Positions 48,142 through 64,000 of a DNA stretch of 64,000 nucleotides are shown one piece after another; position 1 is the first letter of the stretch, and each line of letters begins with the position of its first letter. Position numbers and translations under genes: made by a program. The stretch lies in assembly GCF_009914755.1 (NCBI RefSeq), contig NC_060947.1. One strand, given 5' to 3'. This DNA is from the human T2T-CHM13v2.0 reference genome, Homo sapiens. Below the pieces are notes generated by a model. That model ran no database searches. It saw nothing but the letters and a program-made list of their open reading frames with translations, and was not told where the DNA came from.

Positions 48142-48999
48142 ATACTCCTGTATACATCTTGTAACTGCTAAGCAGATTTCTTTTAAATAATCACCATATT
48201 ATACCTAACAAATTTAGCAGTTTTGTTACTATCATCCAATACCCAATCTGTATTCAGATGTTCTTGATCATCTCAGAAGTGTCTTTTTACAGTTGGTTTG
48301 TTTGAATAAGGATTCAAATGAAGTCCATGCATTGCCTTTGGCTGTTAGGTATCTCTTGTAATAATCTCCTATTTATTACTTTCATTCTGTTGATTTGTTG
48401 AAGAAACAGGCATTTGAGCTGTAAGCTATTCTTTAGAAGAAATTGAACTCCTTTCTAACTGCTTTCTTCCCTTTGTGTGTGTATGTGTGTGTGTGTGTGT
48501 GTGTGTATTTAAAACAATCTATCTTTACCCTTGGTGGTAACCAATCTTTACAACTGAAATAAATAGTAAATAGTTTCTTGCCATCTGTTCACCCACATCA
48601 CTGTTGTTTCATACCTCCTTTTCACAAATCCTAGCATAGGGTTTCTCACTGGATAGGCATTATCTTGTTTATTGAATGAAGAAGGAAACAGACACAAGGT
48701 GGTTTGTCCACGTAAGTGGGATTTAGTTATATGGGAATGTTTATGGAAGGCAGGCTATTACTTTGTTTCTCTTTAGTTTGGATCTTTTTTGTCTCATAGG
48801 GAGATGCAAGATACATGTGTATTTATCTTATTTCCATGTACTAGAAAATAAGATCCCAAAGGGTAGGGATCTTTCTGTTGCCTTTGCCCTGTGATGTTTC
48901 TCAAAGACCTAGAATAGTGCTTGGCACAGAGTAGGTGCCCAGTAAATGTGTTGAATTGGGTGACCCAATAAAAATAAATGCCATAAAGAAAATGTCCCA

Positions 49000-49359
<360 letters not shown>

Positions 49360-49488
49360 TCAGTATATATTTATTTAGTATACAGTCCAGTCAATCCCTG
49401 CTCTAAGGTTAGGATAATTCTGAGTGGCTCTGGGATCCCACAATTAGCAATCGTGCTTAGATACAATTAGCAATCTTGATGCTCTGAA

Positions 49489-49490
<2 letters not shown>

Positions 49491-49533
<43 letters not shown>
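49491..49533. repeat. (TG)n microsatellite in intron 6 (another at ~48475-48506)
   Basis: Read directly from sequence. Confidence 0.97.
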
Positions 49534-49534
<1 letters not shown>

Positions 49535-49889
49535 GGGGAATGTGCAAAATAGATGTGGAACCCATAGTTTCCTTAGACAAGAGTAGGTCTTCTGAGCCCT
49601 GCTTAAAAAAAGAATATGGATTTAAATCTGTTGTCCATCAGCTTCTAGGTAGAATTAAAAAAAAATGTATTGATGGTAAGTGGGGTGAGGAATTTTTAAA
49701 AAGATACACTGATGTCTGGAGCCATACCTTAAAAGGATTTCTTAGAAATGGATTGAGTTTTTGGGTTGGAGAAACATAGGGCAAAGTTAGGCAGTACTTT
49801 TGTCACTTTGAGACTTTCTCTGTTCCTGTGCCTTGAAATAGAAACTCAGTTTCTATGTAATACCACTTCTCTAGTCCATTCTTCTTTAA

Positions 49890-50060
<171 letters not shown>

Positions 50061-50275
50061 TAGCTCTCCATGATAATAGCAGGTTGTATAAATGTAAAAA
50101 GAAAACAGTCTTTTGACATGAGCCCTGAAAATTCCCATTTTTATTTATTTTGGCAAGTCTTTCGTCTTTGCATTGTTCCTTTATATTGTATTGTGTCTGG
50201 TTCCTGTCTGCTTTGTGAGGCAGTCTTGTTCTTAGTATAGATGCTGACCTCCATCATTTTGGCTCCCCTGTGTAG

Positions 50276-50482
<207 letters not shown>

Positions 50483-50657
50483 TGAGTGAACAGAAACTCT
50501 GTGGTGTCATTTATTCATTGATTCAGCCAATCAACAAGCATTTTAAAACAATCTCTATAGGAGATCTGTCAGAGAGGGCTCTGCATGTTGCAGTGAGTCC
50601 CTCATGGAAGAATCCATGGGAGAAAAGCAGTGCTATTGGATTACTGGCCTTCAGTAA

Positions 50658-50987
<330 letters not shown>

Positions 50988-51309
50988 CATTTTTAGTTTT
51001 ATCTGTTTTTTCTTCATCTGTTTAATGTGTATTAAGTACTTACTGCGTACTGGAGATAGTGTCATGTACTTTCATGGTTTGGGTTGTTTTGGATTATGTT
51101 GCTATCTAGAAAGCTATATAAGAAAACTTTCTCATATGAAAAAATTAAGTATACTGATTACAAGCAGGGAGAAATGTAAGTGTATATTAAAGACTAATAT
51201 AGTTGATTTTAGGGTGCTCCAAATATCATTTTGATTGCTGTATAAAATTGTATCATGTTTTTACATGCTAGTTTGCTTATTTTTCTTTTCAGGCATTCAC
51301 GTATTATTT

Positions 51310-51702
51310 AGTTCAGTGTTTCTCAAAGTATGTTCCTAAGACCAGCAGTATCAGTATCATTTTTGGAACTTGTTAAAAATGCAAGTTCTTGGGTCCCACC
51401 CCAGACCTACCGAATCAGGAACTGAGGGTGGGGCCAAACAGTCTGTTTGAATAAGCCCTCCTGGTGATTCTCATGCATGGCAAAGTTTGAGTACTACTGA
51501 TCTAGTTTACTGTCATTCCCAACACTATTGACATCTGTTGTTTTGTGGGGGACTGTTGAATTGTAAGGTTGTTTAAAGCATCCTTGGCCACTAGATGCCA
51601 GTAGCACCCTCCCAAGTTGCAACAACAATATTTCTAGACATTGCCACATGCCTATCTATTATGAAGGGGCAGAACTGACCTGGTTGAGAACCATTGATCT
51701 AG
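51310..51702. mobile_element. MER5A-like and MER20-like hAT remnants
   Basis: CAGTGTTTCTCAAA...CCCCAGACCTACCGAATCAG; GGTTGAGAACCATTGATCTA. Confidence 0.7.
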
Positions 51703-51924
51703 TTTTCACTAACATAAATAGTGTGGCTAAGAATGTCTTTATTAAATAACTTTTGAGGTTTTCCGTTAGACTTGATCTTCCATACAGTAGAATTTTTGAG
51801 TATAAAGGGCATGAACAGGTTTATAAAGACTGAAGGGTACTATTTGTTTCTAGAAGAAACTTTGGTGTGCAGCCCTGAGTTCTGGTCTTGGTGGAGGTGG
51901 TGTTTAAGTAGCTTTTCTTGATAG

Positions 51925-52164
<240 letters not shown>

Positions 52165-52289
52165 TAAGCTGGCAGAATTCTGATCAGAGGAAGGTGGAAT
52201 GGAGAACTTCTTCTATGTCTCTTTATTCTGGGTAAATGTTAAGAGGTAAACAGGTAGGTAATTTACAGAGGAGCCTCTTGGTAAGATAG

Positions 52290-52568
<279 letters not shown>

Positions 52569-52870
52569 TAGAATGGAGTGGAGAAAGTTAGAAGGTAGTG
52601 TTGTCATTAGCAGTCATTACTACCTGGGCAGTACAGAGGAACTTCAGATAAAGCTCCTGGCATCCACTGAGGCGGGGAGGGACAGATAGAAACTTGGTCT
52701 GAGAGTTATGGTCTAGTAGACCTGGAATCCACAATGTAAAAGTTGGCCAGCTCCTGGCCATATATCCTAAAAAAGAGCTGGCATGTTATTGGGAAGATAA
52801 AGTGGGGGAAATCTGGCTTACTGGGCCCTATAGTAATGCTGTCTATGTATGTGTGCTCTCTCAAAAACAG

Positions 52871-52911
52871 GTAAAGTCCTTCCTGGGGTGGATGCTCTCA
52901 GCAATATTTAG
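52871..52911 (+). CDS. PGK1: PGK1 exon 11, coding part
   Basis: KVLPGVDALSNI*; TAG at 52909-52911; total CDS 1254 nt. Confidence 0.99.
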
Positions 52912-53328
52912 TACTTTCCTGCCTTTTAGTTCCTGTGCACAGCCCCTAAGTCAACTTAGCATTTTCTGCATCTCCACTTGGCATTAGCTAAAACCTTCCA
53001 TGTCAAGATTCAGCTAGTGGCCAAGAGATGCAGTGCCAGGAACCCTTAAACAGTTGCACAGCATCTCAGCTCATCTTCACTGCACCCTGGATTTGCATAC
53101 ATTCTTCAAGATCCCATTTGAATTTTTTAGTGACTAAACCATTGTGCATTCTAGAGTGCATATATTTATATTTTGCCTGTTAAAAAGAAAGTGAGCAGTG
53201 TTAGCTTAGTTCTCTTTTGATGTAGGTTATTATGATTAGCTTTGTCACTGTTTCACTACTCAGCATGGAAACAAGATGAAATTCCATTTGTAGGTAGTGA
53301 GACAAAATTGATGATCCATTAAGTAAAC

Positions 53329-53334
53329 AATAAA
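53329..53334 (+). terminator. PGK1: PGK1 proximal polyadenylation signal
   Basis: AATAAA ~420 nt after the stop, followed by GTG and a T-tract. Confidence 0.9.
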
Positions 53335-53559
53335 AGTGTCCATTGAAACCGTGATTTTTTTTTTTTTCCTGTCATACTTTGTTAGGAAGGGTGAGAATAG
53401 AATCTTGAGGAACGGATCAGATGTCTATATTGCTGAATGCAAGAAGTGGGGCAGCAGCAGTGGAGAGATGGGACAATTAGATAAATGTCCATTCTTTATC
53501 AAGGGCCTACTTTATGGCAGACATTGTGCTAGTGCTTTTATTCTAACTTTTATTTTTAT

Positions 53560-54480
53560 CAGTTACACATGATCATAATTTAAAAAGTCAAGGCTTATAA
53601 CAAAAAAGCCCCAGCCCATTCCTCCCATTCAAGATTCCCACTCCCCAGAGGTGACCACTTTCAACTCTTGAGTTTTTCAGGTATATACCTCCATGTTTCT
53701 AAGTAATATGCTTATATTGTTCACTTCTTTTTTTTTTATTTTTTAAAGAAATCTATTTCATACCATGGAGGAAGGCTCTGTTCCACATATATTTCCACTT
53801 CTTCATTCTCTCGGTATAGTTTTGTCACAATTATAGATTAGATCAAAAGTCTACATAACTAATACAGCTGAGCTATGTAGTATGCTATGATTAAATTTAC
53901 TTATGTAACTTTTATTGTCTTTGGCATTAACAGTGTTTCAAAAAATTTTCTGTGTATACCCATCAGTGATTCATTCCCAAATCTTCTAGAAGCATAAGTG
54001 TCTCAATATATTAAAACATATTGAATAATCCTTGTTAGAGTTATCCCTGCAGGAGTCCTTAGTGCTCCTTTATCCAATTTGTACTTGATGCCCTCTAGGC
54101 AGGGTGTACAGCTAGCTGTTGCTCTGGTATTTCCTATAACCTTCTTGGGGATTTCTTTTACCTCCTGTGTTAGACTCCTGTTTTCTGGATTCCCCCTTTT
54201 CCCTCTTTCTTGGTCTACTTTTTGTAGAACACAAGACTCTACTAGCTTCCTGAGAAAGGGTGCCTGGGAGGCAAAATCTCTAAGACTTTGTAAGTCTGAA
54301 AATGTCTTTATTCGACCCTTATACTTGATTCCTAGTTTGGCTATATATAGAATTTTAGCCTGAGTATCACTTTTTGAGACTCGAAGCCACTGTTTCATTG
54401 TCACTATTGAGAATCTAAATGGCCATTCGGATTCTTTCATCATCTTTATAATTTTACCTTCCTATTTCTTTCCTGTCCTT
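53560..54480 (-). mobile_element. Old L1 remnants, including an ORF1-like segment (54003-54443)
   Basis: Peptide KILYIAKLGIKYKGRIKTFSDLQSLRDF resembles the ORF1p C-terminus (compare 7547-7804). Confidence 0.7.
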
Positions 54481-55344
54481 TTAATGGAGTTTTGGGAGAG
54501 AGCAGAGGTAAACATGATTTGAAAAAGCCATGTCTGACCAGAAATTCTGTGCTGGAAAGATATGTATTTCACCTTTAGGGACAAAGAAATAAACTTTTGG
54601 ACAGGACCACAGAGCTAGTAAGTAACAGCAGGGATTCAAGTCCAGGTTTGTCTGGTTCCAGTGGCTGATGCTTTTCCAATGTGCCTCCGTCCCTGACATG
54701 ATGCTTCTAGGCTATAGATGCTTCTAGACTCTATCCCTGACATGATGCTTCTAGACTATTTTGTTTAACCCTGGATAGAATAGCAAAAGAAAATTTTGGT
54801 GGTTGCTCTAAACAAAACAGAAATTTGAAAGCTCAAGTTTTTTCTTCATTTGTATTTTAGTTAATACTGTACCCATATTTGTAGTTAATTTTAAATTGTA
54901 CCATGTTTCTGCATACCTCTATGGGTACTCAGGAATTCTAGTCCAATTTTTGTGACTTTTTCCTACTGATTACCTTTCCTCCAACGTTTTAAAAATTATT
55001 TCAAATGGAACTGAAAGAAGCATAAACTCCCATAAACCCAGCACCTAGACTCTACAATTGCCAACATTATCTATCCAACAATCTCTGACTGTACCTTTTA
55101 AGTACTTTCTACTGGACTGTTTCCAGGATCACCCCTCATTTATTTGGGTTGTTAACCTAAAGAATGAATGGGGGAATCTCCAGTCATAAACAACTTGTCA
55201 ATTAGGCAAATATTTGAGTTCCTTCTATGTGCTTAAAGACGTGATAGAGGGAATATAAGAGCATTTATGTTCTGAAGGAATTTTTAACCTAACCAAAGAA
55301 GATAGTAGATAACTTGTGTGCATATAAGCTAGAACAGTATAAGG

Positions 55345-55675
<331 letters not shown>

Positions 55676-55997
55676 TTATGAATTATTGGTAAAATATTGC
55701 AAAGGTGTATGCTTTAAGTTGTAAATTCACCTTTAACCCTAGACTATATATGTGTGTTTATATGCAGAAAAAAATAATTCCCATGTCGTAAGTGAACAAT
55801 TTGGTTCTTTAGCTCAGTGTTTTCCTGTTTTCTTCATTTCCAAAATTTCCCTCTAGCACAGGGGTTTACACATGATCAAAAAGGAGTATACAATGAAGAC
55901 ACCTTCCTCAGTCCCCTACCTACCAGTTTCCCTCCCCAGAAGCAACCTCTGGAAGACCAGTTTCTTTCAATCTAAGGCTATTTAATATACATTAAGA

Positions 55998-56302
<305 letters not shown>

Positions 56303-56342
<40 letters not shown>
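56303..56342. repeat. (TATC)10 tetranucleotide STR
   Basis: Ten perfect units counted. Confidence 0.95.
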
Positions 56343-56343
<1 letters not shown>

Positions 56344-56840
56344 GTATATAGATATATTAAAATGTAAATGGTGGCATACCTGCTGTTCTGTAGTTGATTA
56401 GTGTTTTCTTTCCTGCCTCTTGAATATTCCCTGTCACCTTGGATCCCTTAGAACATAGTGTGCATCACATCTTCCATTCTCACCCCGCCCCATGCTGGCT
56501 ATATTCCTATATTCGTACTCAGATCATAGACACTTGTTTGCTACCCATAAAAGGAAGAACTGGAGGTAACAGTGTCCTCATCCCATTTACCATCAGCACA
56601 TATTATTTTTTAAAAATTCCACCTAGAAGCTGAAGGACAACAGATTTAAACCCATATTCTTCTACTCATTTTCAATTTGCTTCACTATGATGGTGTCACA
56701 TGCTGATTCCAGATAAAAGCAAGTGATTTTCTGATATATAACCATTAAACAAATCTTACTGGTCTTTGGCCATCAGAATTACTGGGCTTTGTTCATCTCC
56801 CTTGAATCCTAAAAAATGAAAACACTGATAAGCTCAAATT

Positions 56841-56846
56841 TTTATT
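56841..56846 (-). terminator. TAF9B: Likely TAF9B polyadenylation signal (3'UTR ~56825-58690)
   Basis: TTTATT on + = AATAAA on -; T/GT-rich sequence downstream on -. Confidence 0.7.
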
Positions 56847-56869
56847 AACCTTGGAACAAATGCAATAAT

Positions 56870-57070
56870 TCCTTACAGTCATATAGCATTTTACAATTCT
56901 GAAAGAATTTTCACATATACCAATTGAACCCTCACAACAGCCCTGTGAGGTAGGCAGGGTAGGTGTTACTTTCCTACTGCTAGTGAGGAGAACAAGGCTA
57001 AGAGGTGAAGTAAGGTCACACAGTTGGTAAATGATGGAGCTAGGACTAGAACCTAGGCCTTCTGACTTGC
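56870..57070. mobile_element. MIR within the distal TAF9B 3'UTR
   Basis: CCTCACAACAGCCCTGTGAGGTAGG...AAGGTCACACAG...GAACCTAGGCCTTCTGACT. Confidence 0.8.
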
Positions 57071-58690
57071 TGCCTCCCTGAGAACATTCAAGTAATAATA
57101 TCCTATGCTATATAATGAATATTTATCTCCTATGATGTTGATCAGGTCTATTTTTATACATTTTACCTGTTTTTATATTACCTTTCCCTAATACTGAAAA
57201 ACACTAAAACTGATACGAGACATTTGAGACATTTCTTCTCTGTTACTGGACTTTCTTAGATATATCAAACACTATCCTAAGATGAAACTTCTGTTTTGAG
57301 GATCCTTGGCTATAAATTCTCAATTATGATACGAACATTTATTTTACAAATTCTACAAAAGTATGTTGAACTTAAGAAAAACAAAACAGGTGTGTTTATA
57401 TTCTCAAAAGCTTTGCCATCTTTCCCAATATGACTTTAATATGTGTATAAATGGAAAACAGGGAAAGGTGTTCAGCAACATTACAGTATTATTGGGAAAC
57501 CTATGCAGAGTGCACATAAATGCAAGTTACATCACATTAATTTGTTTTCTTTGTTGGCCTTATAGAGGATGAACCATTAGTGTCTTTCAGGTTTGATCCT
57601 GTCTTATATGTGACATCCTCAGCAACAAGCTAAAATGATCTGAATTATACCAATAGCGGGGCTCAAGCAGCAGTGATCAAAACATAATATGTATGTGGTA
57701 AAAAGGAACACTTGTTCTTCAGTGGTTTTGCCTAGGTCCAGTGTAATTACTTATCAAAACATGTTTTAAGCTACAGCATCTCTGTTAAATTTAGAAATGT
57801 GAAACATGGAAGAGTTATCAACTTGGAATACAATACTAAAACTGAATATAACTGACCCAAAACTACCTGTCAAAAGCACAGTAAAGCTTAACAGGCATAA
57901 AAACTAAGGGGTAAAACCCAACTGCTCTGACATAAGAGTGAAAAACAGCAAATGCAAACCATCAGGTTAAAGTGAATCACAAAACATTAGGCATGTAGAG
58001 CATGTTTTAAAAATAGGAAAATGACACTGAGCTGTATTACCAGGAATAATATTTTTAAAATTCCAGGTATGGCCTTCTACATTTAATAGCAATGGAGAGA
58101 AACAAGCCTATGGGGGAGGTGCAGAAAATGAATGGGATCTAGAAAGGGAGTTGAGTTTGGAAGTTAAGGAAGTCAAAGAAACAAATACATCCAAAATGGA
58201 TTTAGAATCTCTCCTCTAAATCCATCCTTTCCAAAAAATGTTTCCTATATTGAGAGATTTGGTAAAAAAAAAAAAATTAGCTAGTGACAGTAAGTAACTA
58301 TATTACCTTATAAAATAAAGTAGTATTTAAATGTAGATCAGAAATTATGCTGTCAAAGATAAATCTGCTGACTAGGCTGTAGAATCTGAAACTTAAATGC
58401 TACTATCAGTGATAGAAGGCAGAAAAGTGTCTCAAAAACAGAATTGCCATATTAGGACTCAACATTAATGAAACTATTAAGAAACAAGTACTTAACTGTT
58501 TGTAATTGAAGCCTACTGAAAAACACATTTGTATGTTTACTAAAGAGATCTAACAGTTTTAACTGACGAAAAATACTGCAGCTACATTTCAGTCTTTTAA
58601 GGTAAAACAAGATCTAGAATATTCTAGTTCAGTATACTGGGCTCAAAACCAACTTTCCTTTTGAAATGCATCTAGACTAGACTATATTCC

Positions 58691-58854
58691 TTACATAATA
58701 TCATTGTCATCATCATCTTCATGTTTTCTCTTCAGTGGGTTTGCTTCATTGGCTGTGTTCTGTGACGAAACCATGTTGGTGGTAATAAGAATATTTTTGG
58801 GCCCAATCATTGAAGGATTAATCAGAACATTTTGAACTGCAGTTGTTGCAGGAA
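58691..58854 (-). CDS. TAF9B: TAF9B last coding exon
   Basis: (V)[53 protein letters not shown]; acceptor TTTACAG; 164 nt; phase fits the upstream exon. Confidence 0.95.
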
Positions 58855-59039
58855 CTGTAAACAGAGAAGAAAGCCCCCCCAAAACCAAGCTATGAATTAC
58901 CCAGAATCTGAAACATATGATAAAAAGTATACAACAAAGCTGAATGTAATTCTAATACCAATTTCAATAGCATGAAGTGCAACTATATCATAGAAGAAAC
59001 ATAGGTACTTATACTGCAATGAGTTGAATTAAATTTTAA

Positions 59040-60235
<1,196 letters not shown>

Positions 60236-60418
60236 TTTATGTAAAATTTCACAGAATTTTAGAGGGCTCATAGGTCCCTCTGAAGAACCCTCATTTGCAG
60301 CATTACTGCCACCTTCCTGTTGGGTATTAAAACAATTTACCTCTTGCTATAGGAATACAAACGGTCCTACAATTTCAAATTATTCACAAATTCTGTCCCC
60401 CACTCCCAATCACATTAC

Positions 60419-60529
60419 CTGGTTTGACAGGTGTGGACTGAGAAGGTGGAATCTGCACCGTAAATCTTTGGCTTGTCACTGACATTGGAGTTGCAACTTT
60501 ATTTGGGACAGACACCGTTTGTGGGGTTG
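60419..60529 (-). CDS. TAF9B: TAF9B penultimate exon
   Basis: (A)TPQTVSVPNKVATPMSVTSQRFTVQIPPSQSTPVKP; CTACAG acceptor, G|GTAATG donor; 111 nt; absent from the ORF track. Confidence 0.93.
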
Positions 60530-62035
60530 CTGTAGTTACAATAAACAGACCATGTTTGTTAGGTGACTTATACAGATTTATATTCTACACTCAGCTTACC
60601 GCAAACTATCTTCAAAGCAAAGGAAACTAATAAAAGGTGAGGAAAAAGTCATTAGAAATAAGAGCAAAACAACCTTAAAAAAATTTACAAGCTTGTTTAG
60701 ATGTTACAAAATTCAGTATAGAATAGTGGTAAAGAATGTAGGCTCTGTAGCCTACCTGCTTGAGTTTGAATACAGGCTCTCACCTACTAGCTGAGTGTCC
60801 TTGGGCAAGTTTATTTAAATTTTTGTGCCTCAGTTTTCTCCTCTGTAAAATGGGGGATATATCACCCATTTCATATAATTATTGTGAAAATTAAGTAAAA
60901 ATAATCCCTGTAAAACTCTTCAAACAGCCTCTAGTACACAGTAAGCACTGAGGTATAGCTGGATGAAGACATAAAGATGAGAGTTTAACCTACCAGAATA
61001 AAGACCCAGGTTTTCTATTTATTACCTTAGTTGGCACTTTTAATCTTGGTCACCTGCTGAGAATCAGAAGATGTCATCTATGCCCATGAAACTAAAGCAG
61101 AGATCAAATACACCCCTTGAGGTCTCCAGGTGGGCCCAGAAAATTTATTCCCTTTCTGTGTTCAGATACTTTTTAAGCAGAAAAATATCTTGGAGATAAC
61201 CTAGTCTAAACCCCCAGTCATCTAAATTCTACCCATTATTCCAAGGTACAGCTCAAATACTACCCCGTTTTATAAAACTTTCCTTAATTTTCTCAGTTAA
61301 ACGTCTTATATCCTGCCTCTGAAGTTCCCTTAACGTCATAGGAGTCATTATTATCTTATCTCATTGACTAGATTACAAGCCTTGACTAACATTTTTCATC
61401 CTTGTGAGCACATGGCTCTTTTACCTTGCTCCTAATAGGTACTCAACAAATGTTTGCTTAATAAATGTATTTTGTAAGACTCGAAGACTTAATATATATA
61501 CTGACATCATTGCTCTCTTAAAAAATACATTTATGGAAATGTATCCATTTCCAATTTTTCATTTGGGGATGCAGGCTTTCCAATACATCCCTTCCCCCTG
61601 GAACCAGCAGTCTACCCAGAGATAGAGTTGCTGAGGACACTGCAATTATCATCATTTCTAGAGACAAAGGTGAAGAAAGTCTAAGGGAATAAAGCCCAAA
61701 GGTACTGAGAAATCCGGGTTTTACTGCTTTCTCTCCCAAACACAGAAGGTGAGACCTTCCTCTAAAATATCTCCATCCCTAGGTAAGTTTTCCCATGTGT
61801 TAAGGATCAGTTCAAAGAATTTGGTGAAGCGTAATGAAGCAATGTAAGTATTTTATTTTATAAAGAAAAAAGAAAACTCACAGTAGGTGGATGTTTTCTT
61901 GGCCTAAGGATTGTTAATACATTTTAGTAGGTATGGAGTTCAGGCTTTAAAACTGAACACATTAGACTGTAGATGGAGCTTCCCCCAATTGAACAGAGTA
62001 AATACTCAGGTCTTAAGTCTATATAAATCATTTTA

Positions 62036-62755
<720 letters not shown>

Positions 62756-63995
62756 CTAGATTTTAACAATCTCTGAACAGTATGTACAACAAATGTCTAG
62801 CTAGGAATAAAAATCACAACTGATAACTAAAATTGGTTAACCTGCCTAACACACGAAACTGATTACCAGCCTAGGGGTTTAAAAAAGCTGGTATTCATTT
62901 AAGTAATGTGAACCCACAGACAAACAGTATATGATGAAAATTTACAAAGATTATAATGCAGATTTCTGTCCACAAAGGTCACAGGTAGGTAATTAGACAT
63001 GTACAACTAATACTATACCCAAACTGGTTTTACAATGCTGAAATGCAAATTTACATCCTGAGAATATGAAGAGAGGGTTTACACACCTCAAAAATCAAAT
63101 GCTGTTTATACCTGAGCTATATGACAGCTATAGGACTCAAGTTATAAGCAATAAGAGCCAATAAATTAATACTGGTGAAAAGGGACTTTTCTGAAAATAC
63201 TTTGAATACTAGACTATGCAAGAAACCCAGCAGGAATGTAGGAAAAAAAAAACAGGAAATCTAAGTCCATTATTTGTTTTCCTTATTATCTAAACAACAA
63301 TATTAAAAAGAAACAAATAATGGTTTCTAAATACCATTCTCCACTAAAAGGAACTAGAGCTCTTTGGACAAGTGGATGATTCTAGGACCTAGGCAGAAAA
63401 ATATAAAGATGAGTTTGGAACATCTTGTTGCATCAGAAAGCAAGAAATGATCACAGAATGATGCAGATACGTCAAAAGGACACAGGAAACAGCTTGAAGG
63501 GGCTCCCACTGACCAATCTAAAACAATCAGTACTATGTTTTAAAAAGGTTAGTATTAAAAACAATTTTTTTCTTTGAAATCCTTAAGATTTTTGTACACC
63601 TTAATCTTCTTTCTACTGTATTCTCATCAATGTATTTGGAAATTTAAATTTCTAATAAGTAGTCTACTGCCATAAGTGTGTGTGGCACCTTATAGAAGGC
63701 GTAAAGTACACAGCTAAGAGTAAACTCCTGTTTTTGGTATCAGAGTTTATACCAACAACAATGGGGGCAATGTCCAATTTTATATTCATTTGAGATCAGA
63801 CGTTCCTTGTGGCTTTCTCATTTTGAAATCCAGTAACATGTATGTTTATAGCTTTACTAGAGGATGAGTAAAATTATTAATAGTAACACATACACAAGAA
63901 TTTCTGATTCACTTTTTGACTTGCATTATAGTTCAAAACCAAGTGCTGAGGCACTGCTTTACCAGCCAGAAATGCCATTGTCTCCTCTCACTTAC

Positions 63996-64000
63996 CTATA
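63996..64000 (-). CDS. TAF9B: Last 5 nt of the preceding TAF9B exon, at the window edge
   Basis: Minus strand reads T ATA G|GTAAGT, a consensus donor; phase-1 G joins CA to give ...I-A-T-P-Q. Confidence 0.7.

Noticed and set aside
58855-58888. [12 protein letters not shown]-terminus of the 65-aa ORF
   Set aside because: Intronic sequence upstream of the TAF9B acceptor at 58855-58856

Overview
This is primate genomic DNA, recognisable as the human X-linked PGK1 locus. The + strand carries the complete 11-exon PGK1 coding sequence (ATG 31422, TAG 52909-52911). The exon lengths sum to 1254 nt (417 aa plus stop), all introns are GT-AG, and the gene starts from a TATA-less CpG-island promoter. 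The 3' end of TAF9B converges on it from the - strand (last two coding exons, 5 nt of the preceding exon, and the 3'UTR). The first ~30 kb is almost all transposable elements: two large decayed L1s, solo LTRs (LTR12, LTR10, LTR8-type inside MER51/57-type, MaLRs), a Tigger and many Alus. Nearly all ORFs in the supplied track are L1/Alu remnants or GC-rich artefacts. I found no convincing new multi-gene system. The best second-look items are regulatory or structural: an LTR10 AP-1 array, a stop-free 72-nt candidate exon in intron 1, a G4/C-tract switch, inverted Alu pairs, a palindromic 23-bp minisatellite, a fold-back duplication in an Alu tail, tandem poly(A) signals running toward TAF9B, and a MIR-derived let-7 site. 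Repeat subfamily names come from recalled consensus motifs and need RepeatMasker/Dfam confirmation; repeat boundaries are approximate.
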